64,000 nt of DNA from Heteronotia binoei. Taxonomy: Eukaryota. The notes under the pieces were generated by a model. It ran no database searches, was not told where the DNA came from, and worked only from the letters and a program-made list of their open reading frames with translations. This document shows, piece by piece, positions 43,344-56,724 of this stretch. The number at the start of each line of letters is the position of its first letter. Position 1 is the stretch's first letter. A program made the translations under genes and the position numbers. The stretch spans positions 1,612,001 through 1,676,000 of the forward strand of contig NC_083239.1 in NCBI RefSeq assembly GCF_032191835.1. Direction: 5' to 3'.

Positions 43344-43987
43344 GTAAAAATAGAAATATATATATATATATAGTCTGTTTTGAGTTTATTGCTAATCTGA
43401 ATCTTGACGGCATGCATAATCTTTCACAATGCGTACTGCACTGTTGCATGTGCTGCTGGTAACACTAACTCATTTGGGGAGTGCACATACAGTAGTTGTT
43501 CTAGCTGCTCTGTTGCACAGTCTCTGCAGTTAGCGTCTCCCTATGCCATATGCCACTGGTAGGAAAGGAGTGGTGTTCACTACTGTTGCCATATGCTTTC
43601 AGGGATACTTTTTTCTGTAACTTGATTGCACCCCTCCCCCCCTGAAAGCAGAAACACTGCTGCCAAGGGTTCACTGATAATAATAACATGAAGGTAATGT
43701 GCGCTTACTCCTTCCTCTGCTACTATTTGGTTGTGCATGTGAGACTGGAAGACAGTGGCATAACTTATTTTCTCAATTCTGTTAAATTGATATAAGGTTT
43801 TCCATTGAGAAGATAAAAGCGTTCTTATTGCCAAATGTATGGTGATATATTGGGGTGTTTGCAGTAATACCTATTTTTGATATTAAAAAAGCTTTGGGTG
43901 TCTTTGAACTGACCCCACGTTTTGCTGTTGAGGTAACCATCTGGTGGTAACAACGGAGTTTCAAAGTTCAGCAGTCTGTACGTGTGA

Positions 43988-44165
43988 TCCAGGTGGGCAG
44001 CTGTGTTGGTCTGAAGCAGTAGAACAGATGTTGAGTTCAGTTGCACCTTTAAGACCAACATAAGTTTATTCGAGGTATGCAAAACATGTATCTGAGGAAG
44101 TATGGCTGCACACGAAAGCTCAAACTTTTGTGGATCTTAAAGGTGCCACTGGAGTCAAAATTTAG
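43988..44165. mobile_element. Short inverted Penelope pLTR remnant with degenerate hammerhead
   Basis: GCACCTTTAAGACC ... GGATCTTAAAGGTGC inverted; CTGAGGA-A-GTATG..CACAC-GAAAGCTC at 44089-44124. Confidence 0.6.
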
Positions 44166-45116
44166 TCTCCTTGTGTGTGAGAGCAGGACCCTTCATACCC
44201 CAACCCATGATGTAATGTTTGCCTTGAATGAAGTCGGGCATTTCAGTCACTGCCGATTATTCTCAAACCCACTGTTAAGGTTTCTGGTGTTCATACATAG
44301 TTGGAGGATAGCGTCCAAATGACAGTCAAGCTAGATGAGTCCATGGGAGACGCCTGATTTTGAAAAATTTGCCAGATTACCTTGACTGCACATTTTCTTT
44401 CGCTCTGACTTACCTCACAAGGTTATACGTGTGGGAATAAAATGGAGGAAGGGAGAACAGCGTTGTAAGCTTCTCTGGGACCCTTGCTGGGGAGGAAAAT
44501 GGGGTATAAATGAAACAAAACAATACAAAAAATTTCTGATTTTTAAATGCCTCTGCTTGAGATGAGTCTATTCACCACTTTGGTTCCTCCCGGGGTTGCT
44601 TCCTGTTTGAACGGTCTCATTTCAGTTATCTGGCCACTGTGTGGACTCACTCATTTGCAGTGGCATTTCTAATGTTACAAAATGTCGCCTTTGTGAGGCA
44701 TGAGGAGAACCCTGTACTACTGGCCTTTTGCAAGAAATGCAAAGCTGTCCGTTTTAGGTGGGTATTTGGAAGCTATTGGTTTGATTTACTGGTGGATGAG
44801 GGCTTTTTGTAAACTGCTGTGATTGATGAGAAAGGTAGCATATAAATATTTTCATAAAAGATGGGGCGAGCACTACAGGGGAGAAACATCTAGGTACACT
44901 GTTGTATCTATCCAAAATTGCAAACAGATACCAAAAATGTTGTGGAACGTGTATATTTAGGCTGTTCTTTAAAAAGTGTACATTATGAGAAATGACTTAG
45001 ATGTTCATTTCTCTGCTTCTCTCTCCAGTGTGAGAGTAAACTAAACTAAATGTTGTACAGGATTTCCCTGAGGCATATGTTGTTTTTTTACACAGCCTAT
45101 TGATAATAGTTAGCAT

Positions 45117-45288
45117 CAGGGCTCTTTTTCTAGCAGGAGCTCCTTTGCATATTAGGCCACGCCCCCTGATGTAGCCAATCCTCCTGGAGCTTACAGTATT
45201 AAGAGCTCTCTAAACTCTTGGAGGATTGGCCACATCAGGGAGGCGTGGCTTAATATGCAGAGGAGCTCCTGCTAGAAAAAGAGCCCTG
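45117..45288. mobile_element. Palindromic hAT-type MITE (6857 family)
   Basis: CAGGGCTCTTTTTCTAGCAGGAGCTCC / GGAGCTCCTGCTAGAAAAAGAGCCCTG; TSD GTTAGCAT / GTTATCAT. Confidence 0.85.
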
Positions 45289-45720
45289 GTTATCATAGAA
45301 TATTATAAATATGTTTAATGCCAAATTTGTAGTATGAGAGGGAGAGTGATTGGTCTCAGGGAAGAAATTGAATATAAAGGGAAAAAGCAATTTTTACCAG
45401 GTTTTTTCATTTAAAAAAGGGTTTGTTTCTGTGCCATGTTTTCTTATGGGTATATTTAAATCTTTTCATTTTATTTTTAATGTGATCAGGCAAGAAACAG
45501 GGAGCAGATAGCACCGGAGCTGACAATAGTGACGGAAAGCAAGCTGCAAGAAGTGAGTTTTGAGGTGATGTCTTGAAGGAATTCAGGATGTATGACATAG
45601 ATAAGCTCTCAAGTGGTAGAGAGTAGTTAGTTCCAGGAAGAACTAGTGTCAAATGATCAAAAAGTGGAGGGAAATATTTGTTTTCTATACAATTTAACAT
45701 AGGATCAAAATACTTAAGAT

Positions 45721-46509
45721 TAGGGATGGGCATAAATTGGCTGACGAACCAAAGTTCATCACGAATTTTGGCCTGTTTAGGGTTTGCAAACCAGAGTTCG
45801 TGAACTGAAGAACTGGAATGAACTACTGTGAATTTTGGTGCAATTCATGGTGCTTCATGACGGTTCATTCACAAGAAAAAATGTGATTTAGCAGTGACCT
45901 TAATCAATTCACAAAAAACAGCTGAGCATTTGGGAGCTCCCTGCCATCCAGCTGTTTGGCTTAAATGATACATAGCCATTTAAATTAAGCTGCTCACAGC
46001 AGCTTTCTGGGAGCAGAAAAGGGGTTTATAAGCCACAGGGAGCAGAAAGTGTGTAAATGGGTGAAATGCCTTCCTGGGGGGACTTCATCACCATCGCTGA
46101 CAGCCAGCAGAAAGGTGGAAGGGAAATCCCTTCCCGTGAGATCCCCCGTCCCTTTCTGCTGCCCATGGCCAGGAGAAAATTGGAAGGAGAAGCCATTTTG
46201 GGGAGATTCCCTCCCTTTCGACTGGCAGCGGCTCACCACAACCAGGAGAAAAGCATAAGGGAAAAGCATAAGGCTGTGGTTCATAATAACAGGAAAGGTG
46301 GAATGGAAGTCCAGGGGATTCCCCGGTTTCTGATGGCCTTGGCTTGCTGCATCCTGAAGAAAGGTGGAAGAGATTCCCCCCTCCCAGGATTTGCAGGGCC
46401 ACAAACTGAACAAACTGGTTCGATTCGTAAATAAGCTTTTCGTTTTGGGATTCGGTAAGCAGTTCAGCCATGAACTGAATCACATTTTCCCAGTTTGTGC
46501 CCATCCATA
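45721..46509. mobile_element. Non-autonomous hAT element (TAGGGATGGG termini)
   Basis: TAGGGATGGGCATAAA / TTTGTGCCCATCCATA; flanks CTTAAGAT / CTTATGAC. Confidence 0.7.
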
Positions 46510-48075
46510 CTTATGACCATGTGTTTTCACACTTAGTTTTCCTCTTGAAGTGGACGATTAAAGAAAATTACTTGGGTGCTGTAATTAATGAAAAGTGTGA
46601 TTTAGCTGTGACCTCAATCAGTTCTGTAGGTGACATTGCAGAATTTGAGAGTGCCAGATGTATATTTGAATTAATACTTCTTGAGTTGCATTTAGAAACC
46701 AGTACAGTCGCTAAGTAAAACAAGGCATGTGAAAGTTTTAGTACTTCTGGGGGGAGGAGACCTATTGTCTGCACAGTGCTTTCAGTTTCACCTATTGGAC
46801 CACAAAACTCTGCATGCTTTTAAACCTCCCAAAGCTCATCTGACAGAAACCCGGGTGGTGGTGACTGCCTTAAAATTCTGGTAGCTTATTATTGGGTTAC
46901 AAACCGTCCAGGAATTCAAAGATGGTAAAGGCTTTCTGTTGACACTGTGATATTGTTGCTAATGTCTCAGCCAGTGAGGAATTTGAAAATAATTTGATCA
47001 CAATGTTCGTTGGATTCTTTTTCTTGCATTATATTTAACACATTAAGTGATTCTGAATTGTGACTGCAAAATGTTGCTGGAGTCGAGCACAATACCAGGA
47101 ACAAGACTGTGCTCTTTGGTGGAGACGGACGCTGTTGGTGATGATAATAAATTTTGGCTGGCTGTAGAACTTATGTCCTATCCCAAAACTTGTGTTTTAA
47201 ATAGGTGAATTCCGCATTTAGATTTTCATCTATTTAGTAATTATTTGAAGAATTTCTGTCGTGTTCTTAGTCTGAATAGACTGTGTTGATTTTCACAATA
47301 AGATAACTTTGTGAATAAGAGAGTTAGTTCTTTCTGAGGATACGATAACACTGTTGTTTGTTTTTTTGATTTGTATATCCTGCCCTCCCAACAAGTAGGT
47401 TCAGGGCGGGTCACAACACTACAAAACCTTTAGAACAGTTATAATAATAAATGATTAACACAATAATTAACACTAACACATGCAATAAAACTAGCCGCCC
47501 TTCCCTTTTTCTTGTACAGTAGGAAACCTGGCTGATATGAACATTTCTGTAGATGAAAGGATTGGCTGTTGCACAAACTTGTCATAAGGGCAGATTGCCG
47601 TACCTGAGTGATTTCTGCATTCTCTTCCTTCCTCACCATTGGGCAGCACGAGACTAAATTTGGAAGCCTTTACTCTGACTGGACAGTACTGCTTCTGTTA
47701 GTGTAGAAGTAAACAGATGCTTATAAAACTTTACTTGGACTGAACTGTTCACAATGTGTTCCAGAATATACACTATGCACAGTTGAGGAATGCTTAATTG
47801 AGTTTCCCTGGCGGCAAGGAGAACCTAACGTGGTATCTGTGGGGAGGCCAACCTAAAAGGACACCAGCTGTTTCGTTATCTGACAAAGAGAGCTTTGGCT
47901 CTTGAAAACGTTTGCCCCAAATGTCTTGTTGGTCTCTAAGGTGCTACTGGACATGAATCTAGCACTTCTCTCCTTTTCAGCCAGCTTTAATTTGTACTCT
48001 GCCCTTTCCCATGAGTAGGCTCAGGGTGGTTTACAGTATATAAACCCATCTAACAATAAATGCAATAAAATGAAT

Positions 48076-48172
48076 AAAGGTAAAGGTAGTCCCCTGTGCA
48101 AGCACCAGTCGTTTCCTATTCTGGGGTGACGTTGCTTTCACAACGTTTTCACTGCAGACTTTTTAGGGGGTG
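48076..48172 (-). mobile_element. Sauria SINE 3' fragment
   Basis: AAAGGTAAAGGTAGTCCCCTGTGCAAGCACCAGTCG is the reverse complement of the 17135-17432 tail. Confidence 0.8.
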
Positions 48173-48248
48173 GTCTGCAGTGCCAAAACGAATAGACAAT
48201 AAAAAAATAACAGAGAAAAATAAGTACCCTTGGAAAATCCCATGTTCA

Positions 48249-48761
48249 TAGGGTTGCCAATCCCCAGGTGGGGGCAGGGGATTCCCCGGTTTGGAGGCCC
48301 TCCCCCTGCTTCAGGGTCGTCAGAAAGCGGGGGGAGGGGAGGGAAATGTCTGCTGGGAACTCTATTATTCCCTATGGAGATTTATTGCCATAGAAAATCA
48401 TGGAGAATTGATCTGCGGGTATCTGGGGCTCCGGGGGGGGGCGCTGTTTTGGGGGGTAGAGGCACCAAATTTTCAGTATAGCATCTAGTGCCTCTCCCCA
48501 AAATACCCCCCAAGTTTCAAAAAGATTGGACCAGGGGGTCCAATTCTATGAGCCCCAAAAGAAGGTGCCCCTATCCTTCATTATTTCCTATGGAAGGAAC
48601 GCATTGAAAAGGTGTGCCGCCACTTTAAATGTGATGGCCAGAACTCCCTTTGGAGTTCAGTTATGCTTGTCACAGCCTTGATCTTGGCTCCACCCCTAAT
48701 ATCTCCTGGCTCCATCCCCCAAAGTCCCCAGATATTTCTTGAATTGGACTTGGCAACCCTT
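48249..48761. mobile_element. Non-autonomous hAT element (7395 family)
   Basis: TAGGGTTGCCAA / TTGGCAACCCTT; exact 8-bp TSD CATGTTCA. Confidence 0.88.
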
Positions 48762-48779
48762 CATGTTCAGATAGTTTCT

Positions 48780-50590
48780 TAAACAGCAGGGCACGGGAAA
48801 AGGGCCATGAGCAGGTGAAGCCAGAATATTTGGATATTTGAATGTCCACCACCTCAGCCAAAAGCCTGGCAGAATAGCTCTGTTTTACAGGTCCCACAGA
48901 ACTGTGGAAAGGTTCTGCAGGGCCCTGACCTTGAATGGGAGCATGTTCTGCCAGGCTGGGGCAAGAGCTGAAAAGGCCGTTGCCCTGGTTGAGGCTGCGC
49001 GGACATCCCTCGGCCAGAGATCACCAGGAGATGTTGATTAGAAGAGCAGAAAGCTCTCCAGAGTTCATGCGGGGAGAGGTAGCCCCTCAGGTATGATGGT
49101 CCCAGGCTGCATAGGGCTTTGAAGGTCAAAACCATAACCTTGAACCAGATCTGGGATTCAGTTAGCAGCCAATTCAGCTGGCACAGCAGTGGCTGAATGC
49201 ACGCCTGTGTCCTCATCAGAAGACGTGCTGCTGCATTCTGCAGATATAATAATATAATAATAATAAATTTTATTTCTATCCCGCCCTCCCTGCCTAGGCG
49301 GCTCAGGGCGGCTAACAACATTTAAAACAATTAACATAGATAGATAAAACATTAAATTTAACAATTAAAATTTTTAAACATAAAAACCAGTCAATTAAAT
49401 TAAATACATAATTCAAATTGCATGGCAGCAATAAAATTATTTTGGCGCTGGTTCTGCCAGTTTAAATGGTTCCATAATCGTATTATGGATGGCGGCTCTT
49501 TATTCAGGCTGAAGGGTAGCCCCACGTAGAGCGAGTTACAGTAATCCAGCCTGGAAGTGACCATTGCATGTAGCCAAGTCCCAAGAGGTGAAATAAGGAA
49601 CCAATCGCAGGACAAGCTGAAGATGATAAAAGACTGATTGGGCAATCAAAGTGACATGGGCCTCCATAAAAAGAGAGGAGTCCAGCATCACCCTGAGACT
49701 CTTTGGTGTAGGTATGAGTGGTGCCCCACTGAACAACAACAACAACAACAACAAAATTTTATTTATATCCCGCCCTCCCCGCCGGGGCAGGCTCAGGGCG
49801 GCTAACAACACAATTCAAGTTTAGCTATACAGATAGATAAAATTACAGTTAAACAACATGAACATTTAATTAAAAATCTGCTTAAGTTTTAAAATTAAAT
49901 TAAATTAAATTAATAAAAGTGCTAATGCTATGTTTACTTTATGTTTGCTTTTATGATGGCGGTTTCCTTAGCAATTTCCATTTTCATCAGCGAAAGCCAG
50001 TCGGAAGAGGAAGGTCTTGCAGGCCCTGCGGAACTGTTCAAGGTCCCGCAGGGCTCGCATTTCCTCTGGAAGTTGGTTCCATAGGCTCGGAGCTATAGAG
50101 GAGAAGGCCCGATTGCGGGTACATTGCAACTTCGCCTCTCTCGGTCCGGGAATAGTCAACAGGTTTTTCCCGGCTGACCTCAGTGCTCTCTGGGGTTCAT
50201 ATGGGGAGAGACGGTCCCTAAGGTAGACAGGTCCTCGACCATATAGGGCTTTAAAGGTAATGACCAGCACTTTGTAACGGACCCGGTATATAACTGGCAG
50301 CCTGAAGACTAGAAGCCTGATTCCTGTTCCCAGTCCCCCATGACTCAGGTACAGGACCTCCATCTTCATTGGATTCAATGTCAGCTGACTCTGCTGTATC
50401 CAGCCGTGGCCCCCAATTCCTGTCCAAAATACTCGAAGCAGAGTCTGTCTGTCCATCAACAGATAGAGTTGGGTGTCATCTGCATATTGATAGCAATCCA
50501 ACCCAAACCAACCCAGACCAGCTGGGTGAGGCGATGCATGTAGATGTAAATAACGTCGGAGAGAGGATTGCCCCCTGTGGCACTTCTGTG
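48780..50590 (-). mobile_element. Cluster of nested L2 fragments
   Basis: YADDTQLY, SRLDYCNSLY, LQNAAARLL, FKALYGRGPVYLRDRLSPYEPQRALRS motifs; at least two L2 tails (GGCGGGATATAAATAAA reverse complement) at about 49260-49320 and 49750-49805. Confidence 0.85.
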
Positions 50591-51722
50591 TAGTTCTTCT
50601 GTGTAAAAGTCATTATAAAGCTTACTGCTAATAGGGAGTGATCATAGGTGATGAGTTACATTTTATTCAGTGAAGCTTACTCTCAGGAGAGTGTCCTTAG
50701 GACTGCAGTCATAATCACCTTATGCAAGGTGAGTAATGGGCTTCACGGTGTGACCTTTATTGTGGTGTTCAAGGGGCTGTCTCGAAGAGCAGCCTGAACA
50801 GGTGATAAGCGATGATACTGAGGCCACTAACATTGGAACAGAAAGATCCACAAGCATCATATCCTGCCCAGGTGCCTGTAGTACCGTCATTCCCTAAAAC
50901 ATATATGCTAACACCTTGACTTCCTCTGGAAGTAAATGACAAAATCCAGGTTCTTTTTTACTTCTTCATGGTTCACCTCTTTATTTCTCTTGTCTGTGTG
51001 CCTGTGGGTCTGTTTTTTGTTATTAAACAGAGTAGCCTTGGATTTCGCTAGCTTTTCAGTCTGCTTCTCTGTGCCTATACCGCCCCCCCTCTCCCCGCCC
51101 CCCCTCTCCCCGCCCCCCCCCTGTCTGTTAAAGACTGGGATTGGGACATTAAAGCAGTCTTGGAGCAAGGAGGCCTCTGTGGAGCCACTGCTGCACGATC
51201 CACTTTGACCTGGGCCACAGCGATGATGACAGCGAGATCTAGTTAACCCCTTCTCTCCAGTAGTTATCATCACCTTCACTGTGGCCCAGGTCAGAGCTCT
51301 GTAAACCCTGTGGCGCTTTCAGCACTGCAGTGGCCCATTGACTTAACTTGCTCCTGGCTACCAGTGGCCCTCCAGGAACTTTCCCAGTAAAGTAAAGGGC
51401 CAGTCCGCTTCTGTAGTAGCAGTTTAGAGCAGGGGTGTCAAACGCATTCGCTAGGAGGGCCGGGTCTGACATAAATAGGATGGAGAGCCCACCACCTCCA
51501 GAGGAAACCTGTTCAACTGAGGAACTGCTCTGTCAGGAAGTTCTTCCTAATGTTTAGCTGGAAATTCTTGATTTGATTTGTTTCCTCTTTGAATAAATGT
51601 GATTCGACTCTCTAAGGTGAGTGTTTATTCGGGATTTGGGAACAGACTTGGAAAACTCAATATATTTAACAGACTGTATGTTTCTGTTTGTTTGTTTTTT
51701 CCATTTTTAAACACTTGAACAG

Positions 51723-51826
51723 AGCAAGAAGATGAAGAGGCCAGTACCGGGTCACACCTGAAGCTTATTGTAGATGCCTTTCTTCAGCAGCTCCCAAACT
51801 GTGTAAATAGAGACCTAATAGACAAG
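51723..51826 (+). CDS. UPF2: UPF2 exon 7
   Basis: EQEDEEASTGSHLKLIVDAFLQQLPNCVNRDLIDK; 104 nt, phase 1 to 0. Not in the ORF track. Confidence 0.95.
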
Positions 51827-52504
51827 GTGCAGTAAGTTCTTCTTTTTTTATCATGTCAAAGATTCACATGAAGTGCAGTGGTATGCTGATTTTTAGGCTA
51901 TTAATAATGTAGTGAGATGCATACATATTCTGGAGTTTGGTTAATGCCAGTATGAATTTTGATAGTCTCAGATAAATGCTGTGAATGCCCAGAATCTCAG
52001 ATAATGCCAGTAAATGCTGATTATCACTTCCATGAGATTCTCTGTTGGTATTTACTGCTGTAATAAGAGAACACTTCTCAACGCTTTAAAAGCTGCCCTG
52101 AGCCACTTGTGGGAAGGGCGGGATATAAATCACGAATAAATAAATAAATAAAAATAAAAGAATAAGACTACAACAAAGAGTATGCAGTATATTTGTTGCT
52201 AAAACCTATTTACCTTGCTTTTAATATTCTCTCTGAAAACGACGTCATTCCACAGAATCGATATTATAGGAAGTTAATTTATTTTTGACAGTCCTGTTGC
52301 TTACGTATATTATGCAACCAATTGTTAGACGTCGGTTAGTTTTATGTAACATGCGATGAAGGTCAGACTTTGAAGGATTAGCTATAGCAAGGTATCTATT
52401 TATGTTCCCATTGGTCTTCTGTTTGATTTTTAAATGTAATAGTTAGATTAAAAATTATTAAATTAAAAAAAAAAGATTTAAAAGGAAGTTTTTCTCTTGC
52501 TCAG

Positions 52505-52590
52505 GCAGCAATGGACTTCTGCATGAATATGAACACTAAAGCCAACAGGAGAAAGTTGGTTCGGGCTCTCTTCATCGTTCCACGACAAAG
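52505..52590 (+). CDS. UPF2: UPF2 exon 8 (MIF4G-2)
   Basis: AAMDFCMNMNTKANRRKLVRALFIVPRQ(R); 86 nt; CTCAG acceptor, AG|GTAAAA donor. Confidence 0.96.
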
Positions 52591-53166
52591 GTAAAAAGGA
52601 ATTTACATGTCTTATTAAAGGTGATGGTGTGATCCAAATGGTGTGATCCAAATAGTGCTTGGCTATGGCATGTATTGTGTGTCCTTCTTTGTTATTCACT
52701 CCGAAAGACACACCTACTCATCCCCCTCAGTTTCAAAAGCAGTTGAAGTGGCATCGGCTATGGGAAAGACAAGTTTCAGAGCCTTCTCTCCTCTGCAGGT
52801 CTAAGTGGTTTCTTTGGATTCTGGCCCGCACCTTTAAGCTCATGTTAATTTTTTAAAATAAAAAAAGTTTTACATTAACTCTTCCTGCAGATTTTAGGGA
52901 AGTATTTAATAACGGCTTATTAAAGGTGAGTACTGGCCGCTGTTCTTAAGCTCTTTCGTTTTCAATCCATTCAAGCATAGGCTGGTAAGACTATGGATGA
53001 AATGAAAACAGCAAATCAATAAAGCAATAAAAATGAAGATCATTTTTAAATGTATGCAAGAAATCTAGTAGCAGCTTCTAGCCAGCGCACACAATTTGAA
53101 AACAGCAGTTTCAGAATACTATAATTACTAGAGTACTGAACATCAGAGTTCATAGGATATCCCAAT

Positions 53167-54290
53167 TAGGGATGGACATGAACTGGCTGATTGAACTAAA
53201 GTTCATCATGACTGTTGGCAACGATTTGTGGTGGCTTGCGACAGTTCTTCCCCAGAAAGAGCTGAGTAGCTGGGAGCCATTTAAACAGCTGAGTAGCTGT
53301 TAAATGGAGCCATTTAAACTGTCTTCAGTTCCCCACAGCTTTTCATGGGGAGCAGAAAGGGTTTAAATTGCTCAGAACCGTTTAAACCACTCCTGCTTTC
53401 TCCTCCCTGTGGCTTTCCAGGGGAGCAGAATACAGAGGTTTAAATTGCCTTGCTTTCTGCTTCCTGCAAAAAGCTGCAGGAAGCTAAAAGGGTTTAAAGG
53501 GAAGAGATGTAGTATCTTTTAGGTTAGTACTTCACCCCCACTTTGGGCTCTTTGGCACAGCCCTTTTATAAACAAGTTGCATGAGGGAGCCTGAGACAGC
53601 TGGGCTGTCATGGAGAAGGCTGTCCCCGCCAGTGGGGAGATCCTTTTTTGTCCAGGAGATTACCCACACTGGGTGAAGTGAGTGGAGAGGAGTGCTTTCC
53701 AGGGAGATCCCTCCCACTTTCTCCTGGCTATGGCTTGTTTGGCCAGGAGAAAGATTGAAGGGAATTCCATCTAGGGAGGTTTCCTCCCCCCCACTTTCTT
53801 CAGGCTATGGCCTTCCCAGTGGCACTTTACTCCCATCTCAGTGCAACTGTAGAGAAGTGTAGAGAAGTCTCTCCCCTCCAGCTCAGCTGCTTTGGGGTGT
53901 CTGGTGCTATGTGGATGAGTCCGAGACAGTTGGCCGGGAGTGAAATCTCTCCCTGCTGGCTCAGCTGCTTCAGGTGCCTGGCACAGCCCCTTTTAAAGGG
54001 TTGCACAAGGGGGCCAAGAAAGGAAGGGATGTGCCTTCCTGAGGGCACTTCACCCCCCACTTTTTTGATGGCCATGGCTTGTCACAAACACCAGATAAGA
54101 AGGGGTAAAGTGCCTTCCTCCTTTTTTCTTTTTCTTTTTTTTGCTGGGGAAAGCTGCAGCTAGCTGGAAGAAGGGGTGAAATGCCCCAAGGAGGTACTTC
54201 ACCCCAGATTTAATCCTTGGGTTTAACACCCCCACACACACACACGCACACTTGGAAGTAGCAGGATTGCCGCTCACCTGTTTTGTATAC
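53167..54290. mobile_element. hAT-type non-autonomous element of the TAGGGATGG family (right end unclear)
   Basis: TAGGGATGGACATGAAC start; internal CTTCCTGAGGGCACTTCACCCCC and TTTAAA-rich modules shared with 45721-46509. Confidence 0.5.
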
Positions 54291-54418
54291 AGCACCAGCT
54301 TTTTAGCAGTCTTGGGGATCGCTGGGAGTGGGGGGAGATAAGGATGTGCACTGGCATGTGCCTCGTTGTATCTAACCTTTACTTTGTGATGTAATGTATG
54401 TGATCTTCTTACTTGCAG

Positions 54419-54527
54419 GCTGGATTTGCTACCCTTTTATGCAAGGCTGGTAGCCACGCTGCATCCCTGCATGTCTGACGTAGCAGAGGATCTCTGCTCC
54501 ATGCTGAAAGGCGACTTCAGGTTTCAC
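54419..54527 (+). CDS. UPF2: UPF2 exon 9
   Basis: LDLLPFYARLVATLHPCMSDVAEDLCSMLKGDFRFH; 109 nt; TGCAG acceptor, CAC|GTATGT donor. Confidence 0.96.
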
Positions 54528-54762
54528 GTATGTCCATGCTGACTGTATTGCTTATAGGCTGGCAGTTTAAAAAAAAAAACACTACAGTTAAAGTATAAAG
54601 CTTTTCCCTAATAGTGACAGAGAAAACGGCTACCCTTGTTCTTACTTAAGATATTGGATTTCTGGAAGTGTTGGAAATATGGCCTGGATCATGGAAAGTG
54701 TTCATGGTGAATATAAATATAACAGAAATAGGAAAATTGCTGAATCTAAACAGAGTTTATAC

Positions 54763-54994
54763 GAGGATTTCAGGTTTTCACGGCTGGCAACATCATTAGG
54801 GTTTGTAGAATCTTTCGGGCTCAAGTGCCGTGTTCTACTGGAGAAAGTTTTTCTTCCAGACGTTTCGTTCTCAGCTGCGGAGAACATCCTCAGTGGCGTT
54901 GCAGCCGGAGCAGCGTTCTGTCCTTCTTGGCTGCTGTACATACTTTCTCCAGTAGAACACGGCACTTGAGCCCGAAAGATTCTACAAACCCTAA
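54763..54994. mobile_element. Short Penelope-like inverted insertion with hammerhead motif
   Basis: Same arms and tail as 3611-4080; exact 11-bp TSD AGAGTTTATAC (54752-54762, 54995-55005). Confidence 0.82.
54856..54896 (-). ncRNA. Minimal hammerhead ribozyme motif (antisense to UPF2)
   Basis: Identical 41-nt motif to 3707-3747. Confidence 0.72.
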
Positions 54995-55445
54995 AGAGTT
55001 TATACAGAAACAATAAAATTAGAGATAGTAATGCACTTTTGTGTATTTTTCCTTGTTTAGTAAACACAAGTTAAAATTTGCTCACATGTTCTTAACCTTA
55101 ATCTATTCTTGTGTATAGTTCTCATTTATGTTTGTTAATCCACCATACTATTCCTTCTTAAGGCATACTTGGTAGTCTCTTCAGGTTAAAGAAAGAGAAA
55201 CCTCAAGTGGCTTCAGTAGTCTTGCAGATACTGTCCTGTGACACGAATCTGTCTGGAGGTGCTGCCAATCCTTTGTCCCTCTGATGAAAGAGAGGGTGGG
55301 GGACGTTGCCTTTCCTTTCTTGGAAATTCCCTGAGACGAAGGGTTCCTTGGAAATAACCTGGTAATGATTGCCACCACTCATGGTATCCCCTAAGAACAT
55401 GTAGACTGACCTTCTAGTGCAGTATGAAATCAATATAGAAATAAT

Positions 55446-55805
55446 GGGGACGGTGGCTCAGTGGTAGAGCATCTGCTTGGGAAGCAGGAGGTTCCAGGTT
55501 CTTTCCCTGGCATCTCCAACTAAAACGGGTCCAGGCAAGTAGGCATGAAGAACCTCAGCTTGAGACCCTGGAGAGCCGCTGCCAATCAGGGGAGGGACAG
55601 TGGCTCAGTGGTAGAGCATCTGCTTGGGAAGCAGAAGGTCCCAGGTTCAATCCCTGGCATCTCCAAAAAAGGGTCCAGGCAAGTAGGCGTGAAAAACCTC
55701 AGCTTGAGACCCTGGAGAGCTGCTGCCAGTCTGAGTAGACGATACTGACTTTGATGGACCCAGGGTCTGATTCAGTAGAAGGCAGCTTCATATGTTCATA
55801 TGTTC
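55446..55805 (+). mobile_element. Squam2-like SINE dimer
   Basis: First unit truncated at GAGCCGCTGCCAATC, second unit full length. Confidence 0.85.
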
Positions 55806-56724
55806 AACCCTGGAGAATTCCTTATGTGAAACTTTGTTGTGTCCATGCAGTCTAGTTTGTGGGGAAGAAGTTAAATGAAACATCCCAAAGAAAATATATT
55901 GTACTGAAAGAAAGCTGAAAAATCTTCACAAAAAAGAGTTTATTATGAAAAGGAAAAAAGGGAAATGGTGGTTGAATTCATAAAGGAATAGAACAAAACA
56001 TACAGGGAAATACACAATATAGCATACAGATTTTCAAATGAAAGCCATAAAATTGGCCTGTCTCAGCTATGTACACATTACCTAGGTTTCTCAGAGCATG
56101 TACTTTGCAGCACCAACTTGATGGAGGAATCTTTAACCCCTGCAATACAAATGGAAACAAAGATCCAGAACTTCTGTATTTTATGGGCAATAGAATCTGA
56201 CCTAAGACTGCCTGATCTGTAAGACTGACCAATTGGCTGAGCCAATCTGATGTAAATCTCCATCTCTGATGTCAGAAGCTAACCTTTCCAATTAGAAAGT
56301 TACTAAAATGGTAATCCCACCCCCAGCATCTCTTAATGGCTCTGAACTTCCGCAATGAACAGGTGGTCTGGCCTAAACCTGTTTGTCCAGAGAGGTTTGG
56401 CAGGCTGGCCCAATGTGGCATGGAAACAAATGGATTGTTCTAACGTAACACCCAGGGAGCTGAGATCCAAGATGCTCTAGGTAACACTCAGGTCCCAATA
56501 CGCTTTTAGGGTTTCTCTAACAACCCCAAAGGGTGCTTTTAAGTTTATTATGGGAAATATTAATGTAGCATAGATAACTAATTCAGGTTATGGGTTTATT
56601 AAGACTTTAAATAACAGGACAAATTTCAACTTAAAAATGGTTCTTGGGGTAATGGTTCTTAAACTTTGGTCCAGGGGCTACTGGTGATTTGTGATTATTC
56701 TGGAGGACAATACTGAAGAAATTG

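Noticed and set aside
47030-47290. Possible C/D-box snoRNA or conserved non-coding element in intron 6
   Set aside because: TGATGA and CTGA words occur, but spacing and terminal stem are unconvincing and conservation cannot be assessed without alignments.
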